Made by a program: the position numbers and the translations under genes. The notes below the pieces were generated by a model. That model was given only the letters and a program-made list of their open reading frames with translations, was not told the origin of the DNA and ran no database searches. This document shows, piece after piece, positions 29,688 to 38,385 of a stretch of DNA of 64,000 nt; the first letter of the stretch is position 1, and the number at the start of each line of letters is the position of its first letter. The DNA comes from a bacterium (GTDB lineage Bacteria > UBA8248), in assembly GCA_965221655.1 (NCBI GenBank), contig OZ244906.1, positions 18,324-82,323 on the forward strand. Reading direction: 5' to 3'.

Positions 29688-31328
29688 ATGCGAAATCTCG
29701 CCTGCGACGTGTTGATTCTGGGAGGTGGGCCGGCGGCCATGACGGCGACCATCGCCGCCATGCACTGCGGTGCGGATGCGCTTTTGGTCTGCAAGCAATC
29801 CCCGGGCGGTTCGGGCAACATCGTCCTGGCCCGTGCGGGGCATTCGGCGAACTTCGCCCCCACCGACAGTGCAAATCTGTTTCTGGAAGACACCCTGGAG
29901 GGTGGGGCGTACCTGAACCACCCCGGCGTCGCGCGCGCGATGTGCGCCGATTCCGCCGCGCGCATTCGCGATCTCCACTCCTGGGGCGTTCCCTTCATCA
30001 CGCGCGCGGACGGCTCGTTCGACCTCCATCCCCAAGGCGGGCACAGAGAAGATCGCGGCCTCTACCCGGTGAGAAACTGGGGCGTGGAGGTGGCGCGCCC
30101 CCTGCGCGGCAAGCTCGACGCCGAGGGTGCGCGCATTCTCGAGCACGTCATGGCCGTCGATTTGCTCGTAGAGGACGGCGTCTGCCGGGGCGTCGTGGGT
30201 TTTCACACCCGAAGCGGCGAGGTCTGCGTCATCGCGGCGGGTGCGACCATACTGGCCACCGGGGGTGCGGGGCAGATGTTCGCCGAGAACACGAACGCGG
30301 GCGGCATCACCGGAGACGGCTTCGCCATGGCGTTGCGGGCGGGCCTCGCTCTTTCCGACATGGAGTTCGTGCAGTTTTATCCGGCGGTCATCAAGCGGCC
30401 CGAGAGCAACATGGTGGTCGCGCCGACGCTGTTCCCGCTCGGGGCGCGGTTTTTGAACCGCGAGGGCGAGGACATCCTGCGCAACGTGCCCGGCGGAGGC
30501 GCAGCCACGCGCGACCTCATGGCGCGGGCCGTCTACGTCGAGCTCATGCGCGGCGGCGGGGTGGATGGCGCCGTGCAGATGGACCTATCCGGCATCTCCA
30601 CCGAAGACCTGGAGCACTTCGCGCCCGATAACCTCGAGCTTTTCGCGAGAAGGGGAGTCTCGCCCCACGGCAGCGACATCTACGTGACCCCCAAGGCGCA
30701 TTTCTTCATGGGCGGGGTTCCCATCGACGAGAACGCGGCGACGGCACTCCCCGGCCTGTTCGCCGCCGGCGAGGTGAGCGCGGGCGCCCACGGCGCGAAC
30801 CGCCTCTCGAACAACGCCTTCACCGAGGCGCATACGCTGGGTTGGCGCGCGGGCAAGGCGGCGAGTCTCTTTGCACGCCGCACGGGGGCTGGTGCGCAGG
30901 TTGCAGACCTCGCGCGCCGCGGTGTGGAGAGGGTTGCCGAGCGTGGGCGCAGGGCGCAACGCCCGGTGGAACTCATCCGCGAAATCAAGCGCGTCTGCTG
31001 GGAGGAGGCGGGCATCGTGCGCGAGGGGGAGCTGCTCGAAGGGGCGCGCGGCACGCTCGCAGAGGCGCAGCGTGGTCTGGCCTCGTGCGGAGGCGCAGAG
31101 CCCGCGCGGCTGCTCGAGGCGTTCGAGGCGGAGAACCTTTGCCTGAGTGCGCGGGCGGTCGTAGAAGCCGCGCTCACGAGAACCGAGAGCCGCGGTGCGC
31201 ACTACCGCGCGGATTATCCCGAAACCGACGAGGCGGACTGGCGCATGAACGTGTTCGTGCGCCTGGAGGGAGAGGCCATGCGCGCCCAAAAGCGCTCCGT
31301 GGGCGCACACGCCTGGGCGGACGAATAG
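29688..31328 (+). CDS. SdhA/FrdA/NadB-family FAD-binding oxidoreductase
   Basis: LATGG, TGDG, DMEFVQFYP, TRD, HFFMGG, HGANRL and ESRGAHYRADYP. Confidence 0.85.
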   Translation: MRNLACDVLILGGGPAAMTATIAAMHCGADALLVCKQSPGGSGNIVLARAGHSANFAPTDSANLFLEDTLEGGAYLNHPGVARAMCADSAARIRDLHSWGVPFITRADGSFDLHPQGGHREDRGLYPVRNWGVEVARPLRGKLDAEGARILEHVMAVDLLVEDGVCRGVVGFHTRSGEVCVIAAGATILATGGAGQMFAENTNAGGITGDGFAMALRAGLALSDMEFVQFYPAVIKRPESNMVVAPTLFPLGARFLNREGEDILRNVPGGGAATRDLMARAVYVELMRGGGVDGAVQMDLSGISTEDLEHFAPDNLELFARRGVSPHGSDIYVTPKAHFFMGGVPIDENAATALPGLFAAGEVSAGAHGANRLSNNAFTEAHTLGWRAGKAASLFARRTGAGAQVADLARRGVERVAERGRRAQRPVELIREIKRVCWEEAGIVREGELLEGARGTLAEAQRGLASCGGAEPARLLEAFEAENLCLSARAVVEAALTRTESRGAHYRADYPETDEADWRMNVFVRLEGEAMRAQKRSVGAHAWADE

Positions 31329-31455
31329 ACGAGCGATTTCCCGTCAATTGTTGATGAAGAGTTTTTTCTGCATCCCTGTTGGTTTTCCCGCATTTCCCTG
31401 CATTTTTCGCTTCCCGGGCGAACACGGTGTGCGCCGCTCCTGCCGAAGCGACCCC

Positions 31456-32472
31456 TCAGGGCGTATAGGCGCTGTGCACGGCGCGGCTCGCCCCGTTCCA
31501 GCCGGGCATCACGGCGCCCATCGGCCCGTTTCCGCCTGCGACGAAGAGGTGGAGGTCCTCAGGCTCGTTCACGGCGCGGATGAAGAAGTCCTCATCCCCG
31601 CGGTCCACCGGGTAGTCCCACCGCCCGTTGGGTTTGTCCGCGCGCCAGGGGCCGCCGCGCTTGAGTTCGCCCACCCTGCGGCCCGCGTGCTCGCAGAGAT
31701 AGGCGTGCACGTCCGCGCGCGAGAATCCCGCCCGCGCGCACAGGCGGGCGTGCTCGGGCGACAGGACGACCGCGGTGTCCGTGCGCACCCAGATGGGCCA
31801 CGAACCCATCGCCGCCATGTTGTCCATGTAGGAGACGAGCAGGCGCCGCGGGTCCCTGTCCACGTCGTTGAAGATGATGTGGGGGCTTTCCACCATGACG
31901 GCGGTCACCACGTCCTCATCCGCCGCGTAGCCCCGGGATACGGCCAGCGACTCCCAGGGGCTCTCCTCTTCGTTTTCGGCCACGCAGAAGGTGAAGCGCG
32001 AGGGCTGGCTGAAGATGCTCATGCACGCCACGCGCGCGACGCCGCCTCCTAGGTTCAGCAGCACGAGCCGAATGGCGCGCCCGATGGTGGCGTTCGCCCG
32101 AAAGCCCGGCCCGAAGCATCCCTGTCCGCCCGTTATGCCGATGCGCCTGGCGTAGGGGCCGTTCACGATGAGCAAAGGCGCCACGCTGTGCATGGTCGCC
32201 TGCACGCCGCCGAGGTTGAGCGGTTCTTTGAGCATGAGTTCGAGGCCCGCCAGCACCACGGGCATGTATTCGGGTTTGCAGCCCGCCATCACGGCGTGGG
32301 CGGCCACGCCGCCCACGGTGGCCACCTCGCCCAGGGGCGGCACGGGGCCGATGACCTCCTCGCGTGCGCGCCGCGTCCCGCCGAGCATCCGCGCCACGCG
32401 CTCCTCGGTGGGCGTTACCACGGGCAGTCCGTCGGACCAGGGTTTTTCGAGAAAAAACTCGAATTCATCCAC
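31456..32472 (-). CDS. Conserved hypothetical protein (WSDGLPVVTPT family)
   Basis: Long GC3-biased ORF; clear paralog of 57087-58118 (AVMAGCKP, GCFGPGFRANATIGRA). Confidence 0.8.
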   Translation of the reverse strand: MDEFEFFLEKPWSDGLPVVTPTEERVARMLGGTRRAREEVIGPVPPLGEVATVGGVAAHAVMAGCKPEYMPVVLAGLELMLKEPLNLGGVQATMHSVAPLLIVNGPYARRIGITGGQGCFGPGFRANATIGRAIRLVLLNLGGGVARVACMSIFSQPSRFTFCVAENEEESPWESLAVSRGYAADEDVVTAVMVESPHIIFNDVDRDPRRLLVSYMDNMAAMGSWPIWVRTDTAVVLSPEHARLCARAGFSRADVHAYLCEHAGRRVGELKRGGPWRADKPNGRWDYPVDRGDEDFFIRAVNEPEDLHLFVAGGNGPMGAVMPGWNGASRAVHSAYTP

Positions 32473-32548
32473 TTCTCACACCCTCCGCGCGGGGGTTCGG
32501 GGCTTTTTGCGCCCACCTTATCACGCACCCGCCTCGTGCGGCCACGGG

Positions 32549-32935
32549 CTAGGCCGAGGCGTTTTTCTCGATGGCGTTCTTCGCGGCCTGCAGGGCGTGG
32601 TTCGTCTTCGGAAAGCCGATGTAGGGGCACAGCGAGACGATGGCCTCTATCAACTCCCCGGGCGTCGCGCCCTGGTTGAGCAGGCCCCGGGCGTGAATTT
32701 CCACCTCGCCCGGCAGGTCCTGTGCGGCGGCCGCGGCGACGACGAGCATCTCGCGCGTGCGGTTGTCGAGCAGCGGCTGGTTCCAGCAGGTGCCGAAGCA
32801 GTACTCCACGATGGCGCGGGTGTGGAGGGGGGCGAGTTCGGCCATCTCGCTAAAGGTGCCCGAGAAGCCGTCCTCCCCGTAGATGCCCAGAGATTTCCGG
32901 ATTTCGAGTCCCTGTTCGTATCGCGTTTCACTCAT
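32549..32935 (-). CDS. Carboxymuconolactone decarboxylase family protein
   Basis: FGTCWNQPLLDNRTREM, H..GLLNQGAT..EL.E and YIGFP. Confidence 0.85.
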   Translation of the reverse strand: MSETRYEQGLEIRKSLGIYGEDGFSGTFSEMAELAPLHTRAIVEYCFGTCWNQPLLDNRTREMLVVAAAAAQDLPGEVEIHARGLLNQGATPGELIEAIVSLCPYIGFPKTNHALQAAKNAIEKNASA

Positions 32936-33002
32936 GGCTGGTCTCCTTCTTGGGTTTGCGGACGGCATGGGGATGGTGGTCGAGGTGCCGGAGCCCGCGC
33001 TT

Positions 33003-33425
33003 TTATCGATCTGCGCGGGAGGAGTCGGCTTGTTCGGTTTCCTCTGCCTCGCGAATTTCGCCCGGCCGGGTGAGGATGAAGCAGACGACGCACGCGCAAA
33101 TGGCGGTCAGCAGCGCCTTCGCCCAGGTAGGGACGCCGAGAAAGTAGAGCGAAGGCCCTCCCAGAATCACGATCGACGCGGTGGCGCTCCACTTCACCCG
33201 GGTGCGGATGACGCCGTGTCTTTGCCAGTTCACGACGAGCGGGCCGAAAATTTTGTGGCCCAGCACCCATGCGTGGAGCCTGCGCGAGCTTTTCGAGAAG
33301 GCGAAGGCCGCCAGCAGGATGAACGGGGTGGTGGGCAGAACGGGCAGGAAGACGCCGGCGAAGCCCAGCCCCAGACACACGAACCCCAGTGTGAGGAAGA
33401 GGGGACGGGACAATTTTCGCCACAT
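33003..33425 (-). CDS. YbaN/DUF454 family inner membrane protein
   Basis: GVFLPVLPTTPFILLAAFAFSKSS..LH.W. Confidence 0.88.
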   Translation of the reverse strand: MWRKLSRPLFLTLGFVCLGLGFAGVFLPVLPTTPFILLAAFAFSKSSRRLHAWVLGHKIFGPLVVNWQRHGVIRTRVKWSATASIVILGGPSLYFLGVPTWAKALLTAICACVVCFILTRPGEIREAEETEQADSSRADR

Positions 33426-33569
33426 GGTGATCGTTCCCGCAGTGGGGGCGCGTTTGCCGGGATTTTCTCCCGAAGCGGCGTTTTTCTCAACGCACCCTCG
33501 GCTTTCGCGGGCGGGTGTATTAGAATGCGGGCACCCAACTTACTCTCCAAACCCGACCGGAGCCCCGAT

Positions 33570-35261
33570 ATGTCGACGCAAGTGGACGCGGATTCGTTGT
33601 GGAAGTACCTCGAGGGCATCTGCCGCTGGGAGCGCTACACGGGCGCGCGCGGCGAGAACGAGGCGGTCGCCTACGTCGAGGCGGAGCTCTCCGCACTGGG
33701 CGTGGACGTCGTCGTGCACGAGTTCGCCTCGCTCATCAGCGTACCGGGTGCGGCGTCGCTGGAGGTAGAGGGCGCGCGCATCCCCGCCATCACCGCCGCG
33801 TTCGGCGCCTCCACAGGGGAGGAGGGCGTGCGCGGGAGTGCGGTTTACGTCGGCGAGGCAGGAGCGCCCGACACGCCCTTCACGGCGCCCTTCTACACGG
33901 GCACGGGGGGCGACCCCCCGGTGGCGGGGCGCATCGTCGTGGCGGAGGGCATGTTGAGCCCGGGGCGGTTCCGCCACTTCGAGCGGCGCGGGGCCATCGC
34001 CCAGGTGTATGTGAACAAGGGCGTGGCCCACGAACTCACGGTCTCGACCATCTGGGGTGCGCCCACGCCGGAGAGCGTCTCGCGCCTGCCGCGCACCCCC
34101 GTGCTCACCCTCTCGCGCGCGCAAGGTGCAGAGCTTCTCGAACGCCTGCGCGCGCGGGGCGAGGTCGCCCTGTGCGTGCGTGCGGAGACCGACACCTCCT
34201 GGCGCACGACGCGGATGCCCGTGGCCACCATCGCACCTAGCAGCGGTGCGAATGAATACGTGCTCGTGGGCGGACACATCGACTCCTGGCACGTCGGGGC
34301 GAACGACAACGCGGCAGGCGACGCCACGCTCATGGAACTCGCGCGCCTGGCGCATGCATCCAGAGACACGATGCGGCGCGGCCTCAAGGTCGCCTGGTGG
34401 AACGGGCACTCGCATGGGCGTTTTTCCGGCTCCACCTGGTATGCGGATCACATGTTCGCGGAATTGCGAAAAAACTGCGTCGCCTACCTGAACATCGACC
34501 AGCCCGGCTGCCGGGGGGCGACGCTCTACCGCCCCTTCGCAACGGCTGACGTACGCGGCTGGGTGCGCGAGGTGGTGGAGCGGCTCGGCGGACAGCGTAC
34601 GCAGCCCGACCACCCGCGCAAGATGGCGGATCAATCCCTCTGGGGAGTGGGGATTCCCTCGTTCTCCTTCCTGCCCGTGCTGCCGCCCGACCACCCCGAA
34701 TTGCAGGCGGATCACCCAGAGAGCGGCTTTCCCGAGTACTGGCATCATCCCGACGACACGCTCGACAAGATGGACAAGGAGCTGCTGGCTGCGCACTGCC
34801 GCCTCTACGCGGGCGCACTGGGCGAGCTGTGCGCCATGGAGCGCGTGCCGCTCGACCCGTGCGCGATAGCCGAGGTGGTGACCGAGGAGGTCGCCCGCGT
34901 GGAGACTCTGGGCGGCGGCGCCGTGGAGTTGGACGACCTGCGCGCGGCGGGTGCGCGCTTCGCCGGCGCGTGCGACGCACTGGCCGCTAAGGCACATGCA
35001 CTCGAGGCGGAGGCGGGCAACCGCCTGCTTCTTCGTGTGAGCCAGGCGGTGAACCCCGCCCTCTACACCCTGGCGGGGCCTTTTGATCACGACCCGGCGA
35101 GCGGTGCGTTTCGCCTGCCGGGGCTGCACGCACTCGGCCACTGCCTGGAGAGGGGGCCTGAGAGCGCGGAGGGGAGGGTTATCTACACCCGTTTCCTGCG
35201 CGAGAAAAACCGCGTGATAGCGGCTCTGGAGGCAGTCTGCGCCCTCGCCGCCTCCGCATAG
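33570..35261 (+). CDS. M28 family peptidase
   Basis: GGHIDSW, GANDNAAG, NIDQPG and HHPDDTLDK. Confidence 0.85.
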   Translation: MSTQVDADSLWKYLEGICRWERYTGARGENEAVAYVEAELSALGVDVVVHEFASLISVPGAASLEVEGARIPAITAAFGASTGEEGVRGSAVYVGEAGAPDTPFTAPFYTGTGGDPPVAGRIVVAEGMLSPGRFRHFERRGAIAQVYVNKGVAHELTVSTIWGAPTPESVSRLPRTPVLTLSRAQGAELLERLRARGEVALCVRAETDTSWRTTRMPVATIAPSSGANEYVLVGGHIDSWHVGANDNAAGDATLMELARLAHASRDTMRRGLKVAWWNGHSHGRFSGSTWYADHMFAELRKNCVAYLNIDQPGCRGATLYRPFATADVRGWVREVVERLGGQRTQPDHPRKMADQSLWGVGIPSFSFLPVLPPDHPELQADHPESGFPEYWHHPDDTLDKMDKELLAAHCRLYAGALGELCAMERVPLDPCAIAEVVTEEVARVETLGGGAVELDDLRAAGARFAGACDALAAKAHALEAEAGNRLLLRVSQAVNPALYTLAGPFDHDPASGAFRLPGLHALGHCLERGPESAEGRVIYTRFLREKNRVIAALEAVCALAASA

Positions 35262-35298
35262 GAGGCAGCGCGCGGCTCCATGCGCACTTAGAAGTGGC

Positions 35299-36228
35299 TC
35301 AACGCACCCTGAGGACTATCTTGCCGCGCACGTGGCCCGTCTTGCTGATCTCCTGTGCCGCCGCTGCTTCTGAGAGCGGCATTTCCTGAGTTTGGGGCGG
35401 GCGCACCGCTCCTGTGTGTACGAGTTCGACGATGCGTTCTAAATGCGCGCGGTCGCGCCCTACGTGCGGGCGGATGAGGGAGACGTCCCCGCGCGGCGGC
35501 GTGAAGCCCTCGGGTCCCGCCGCGATGTGCACGAGTCTCCCGCCGGGCTTGAGAACCGCAAAGCTCCGCGCGTGCACCTGCCCGCCGATGGTGTCGAAAA
35601 CCACGTCGCACGGCGGTGCGGCCTCGGCGAAATCCCTCTTTGTATAATCGATGCACCCATCCGCCCCGAGTTCCTCGAGATAGGCGTGGTTCGCGGGGCT
35701 GGCCGTGACGAATACCTCGGCCCCCACGTGTCGTGCGTACTGCACGGCGAAGTTGCCCACACCTCCCGCGCCGCCATGGATCAAAATGGTCTCGCCGGCC
35801 GTGAGCTTCGCCTCGTCTTCTAAGGCGGTCAGAGCCGTCAGCCCCGTGATGGCGAGGGCGGCGGCCTCGGCGTGGGTGAGAAAATCCGGCTTGTGCGCGG
35901 CCAGGGCGGCAGGTATGGCGACCGCTTCCGCGTAGGCTCCCTCCAGACCCCGCTCGATCACGGCGAACACCGCTTCGCCGGGCCGGAAGTCGCGCACGGC
36001 GGCGCCCGCCTCGCGGACGACGCCCGAAAAATCCCGCCCCGGAATATGGGGAAAACGGGCGTGCACGTCGTTTTTGCGCAATCCCTCGCGCACCTTCCAG
36101 TCGGCGGGGTTCACGCTCGCCGCGTGGACTTCGACCACCAGATCGTCCGGCCCCGCCGCCGGGTCGGGAGCGTCCCCGTAGGAGAGCACTTCGGGGCCGC
36201 CGAAGCGGTGCATGAAAACGGCCTTCAT
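35299..36228 (-). CDS. NADP-dependent MDR/quinone oxidoreductase
   Basis: AASVNPAD, GRDFSG, HGGAGGVG and GHVRGKIV. Confidence 0.9.
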   Translation of the reverse strand: MKAVFMHRFGGPEVLSYGDAPDPAAGPDDLVVEVHAASVNPADWKVREGLRKNDVHARFPHIPGRDFSGVVREAGAAVRDFRPGEAVFAVIERGLEGAYAEAVAIPAALAAHKPDFLTHAEAAALAITGLTALTALEDEAKLTAGETILIHGGAGGVGNFAVQYARHVGAEVFVTASPANHAYLEELGADGCIDYTKRDFAEAAPPCDVVFDTIGGQVHARSFAVLKPGGRLVHIAAGPEGFTPPRGDVSLIRPHVGRDRAHLERIVELVHTGAVRPPQTQEMPLSEAAAAQEISKTGHVRGKIVLRVR

Positions 36229-36231
36229 CGC

Positions 36232-36816
36232 CTACTCCCTCACGACGAGGTCCGCGAAGGGCCCTGCGTCCGCTTCGAGTCCCAGATACGCCGTGCGCAG
36301 GTGGTTCCACAGGGCGAGTTTCGTCCAGTCCGGCGTTTCGAGAATGCGGTAATCCGCGGCGAAAAAAGGATTGGGCAGGTGAAAGGTAATCATCTGCTCG
36401 CCGCGCCCGTTCCACAGTACGAGCGAATAGCTCACGGGGGCGTGGCCCGCCTCGGGCGGGTTCAGGCAGGCGCGCTCGAGAGAGGCGCGGGCGCACCTTC
36501 TCCACCGCGCCAGCTCGGGCGGGCAGGGGCGCTGCGCGTCGCCCTTGTGCTCGCCGATGCACAGGTGGAGGTGCCAGTCGCCGAAGTCGACCGTCAGGTA
36601 ACCGTCGAGATAGGAGATTTTGCGCGGAGGTTCCTGTGCGCAGCACTCGAACACCGACCCCTGGATGCAGGGGCCGAAGACGATAGATGCGTGGTGGTTC
36701 TCGAACAAGTCGCGCAGCAGGGATTCCAGCAGCGTGCGCCCGGGTGGAAACTCCCAGACGGCGCAGCGGGTTCCGTCCAGCCGGGTTTCTTCGCGGTAGG
36801 ACACCTGCGCCGACAT
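36232..36816 (-). CDS. Conserved hypothetical Cys/His-rich protein, originally the gene downstream of tonB
   Basis: 194 aa ORF (FGPCIQG, WHLHLCIGEH, LPNPF); ends 3 nt before the MDR start. Confidence 0.75.
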   Translation of the reverse strand: MSAQVSYREETRLDGTRCAVWEFPPGRTLLESLLRDLFENHHASIVFGPCIQGSVFECCAQEPPRKISYLDGYLTVDFGDWHLHLCIGEHKGDAQRPCPPELARWRRCARASLERACLNPPEAGHAPVSYSLVLWNGRGEQMITFHLPNPFFAADYRILETPDWTKLALWNHLRTAYLGLEADAGPFADLVVRE

Positions 36817-36892
36817 GGGGGCTCCCGTTGCGGGCTAACGAGGGTTTCCACCGGAGTATAGCGTATGCGCAGCACGGGAGTCTTGCCGAAAA
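36658..36892. repeat. Imperfect direct repeat, left copy (partner 41673-41909)
   Basis: Shares an identical 50 nt core (AAGACGATAG...GCAGGGATTC) with the right copy; roughly 85% identical overall by eye. Confidence 0.9.
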
Positions 36893-36973
36893 GCGAAAGG
36901 GTGCGGGCTTCCCGCTTACCTGGAAAGGTATGCGCCTCGAGCAGATCGGGCGGCTTCTTGCCCGCCCGCGCAG

Positions 36974-38368
36974 TCAGGAACGCAGGGGGTAGCGTTCTCC
37001 AGCGACGGCAATGCGAAAGCGCTTGTCGGGGCCGGGTCGCGAGAGCATGGTGACGTGCAACGTCTGATCCGCGGGCTGCAGCTGGATATCAAAGTGATGA
37101 AACAGCACGGCGGCAATGAGCACAAACATTACGTCCGCCATATGCTCGCCCGCGCAGTTGTGAGCCCCCAGTCCGTAGGGCGAGTAGGCGTGGGGACGCC
37201 CGTGTTCGTTGCGTTCCGGCGCGTAGCGTTCTATGTCGAAGCGGTCGGGATCCGGAAAAAACTCCGGCAGGAAATGCGTAATCGCATTGGCGACCAGACA
37301 AAGTTCACCGGCTTGAATGCCGAAACCCGCGAACTCAAAATCGGACGTGGCATAGCGAACCGCCACCGGAACCGGAGGATGCAGGCGCAGCGTTTCCATG
37401 ACGGTCCTGCGCGTCTTGTCCATCTGCATCAGTGCATCGAGCGTCGGCACCCCCCCGGCAAAGGCCTCGTCCGCTTCTGCGGTGATTTCCCGCGCCAACT
37501 CCGGGTTCTGGGCAATGTGGAACATGAGAAAGGCGATGGGACTTTCCATGGCGACGACAGCGCCACTCAAAAAGGAATCGACCGCAGCTATCGCGTCGTG
37601 CTTCGTCATGACTTCAGGATGTGCGGCGTAGAAACGCTTGACGTGCTGAATGAAGTAGAGGTCCTCCTCCGGCGCGTCGCTCGCGTCCGGCGCATCCCAA
37701 ATGCTCTGGTACACCTCCAGCATGATCCGCCTCGACTTCCTGGCGCTCGGCAGGTATCGCCACAGCTTGAGCGGTCCGATCCCCCCCCACATGACATATA
37801 CCTGCGCCAACCTTCTGAGGAAGTAGGAGACCTCGGCAGCAAATCCGTCGGGGACCCGACCCAGCGCCAGGCGGAGCGCCAGTGTCGCGATCAACTGCTG
37901 CACGTAGGGAACCGCGGAAAACGCCTCGCCGCGCGGCCAGGCCCTCATGAGGTCCAGCTGCTCGTCAACCAGTTCCCCTATTTTCGTTTGGATGGCCCCC
38001 ACCCCAAAAGCGTCCGCCAGCCCCGCCCGCATCGTGGTGTGCGCCGTCCCGCTCGCCCCGAATATGATGGGGTTGTCGGCGCTGAAGGCCTCTCCCGCCT
38101 GTCGCCACGTCTCCTCGGAAGAAAACAGATCGCCTCTCTCGCGAGCGAGCAGAGCGTTCGCCTCCAGACCCGCTAAAGCGACAGGACGTTTGTTCGGAGC
38201 GGAGAGGCGAAATACAGGCCCGAGCTGCTCGTGCTGTTCGATCAGGAATTGGAGCGGATCCGACAACAAATCACACGTATTCCCCAACAGAGGAATACCT
38301 TTGGCTTCCGGTATTGATTTTGAGCCCGACCCTGTAGACATCGGACAGACACCCCTTTCGAAGTTCAA
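36974..38368 (-). CDS. Cytochrome P450
   Basis: ETLR (ExxR), DIERY and heme ligand YGLGAHNCAG; start may be the ATG at 38341. Confidence 0.92.
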   Translation of the reverse strand: MNFERGVCPMSTGSGSKSIPEAKGIPLLGNTCDLLSDPLQFLIEQHEQLGPVFRLSAPNKRPVALAGLEANALLARERGDLFSSEETWRQAGEAFSADNPIIFGASGTAHTTMRAGLADAFGVGAIQTKIGELVDEQLDLMRAWPRGEAFSAVPYVQQLIATLALRLALGRVPDGFAAEVSYFLRRLAQVYVMWGGIGPLKLWRYLPSARKSRRIMLEVYQSIWDAPDASDAPEEDLYFIQHVKRFYAAHPEVMTKHDAIAAVDSFLSGAVVAMESPIAFLMFHIAQNPELAREITAEADEAFAGGVPTLDALMQMDKTRRTVMETLRLHPPVPVAVRYATSDFEFAGFGIQAGELCLVANAITHFLPEFFPDPDRFDIERYAPERNEHGRPHAYSPYGLGAHNCAGEHMADVMFVLIAAVLFHHFDIQLQPADQTLHVTMLSRPGPDKRFRIAVAGERYPLRS

Positions 38369-38385
38369 GTCCAGTGGCGCAACGC

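Noticed and set aside
31420-31458. Possible Sec readthrough at the TGA stop of the 31456 gene, which has a small GGCA-loop hairpin after it; the paralog at 57087 also ends TGA-GGG
   Set aside because: The loop is only about 11 nt from the TGA, there is no Cys-like motif context, the downstream frames are not similar between the paralogs, and both proteins end at an equivalent position.
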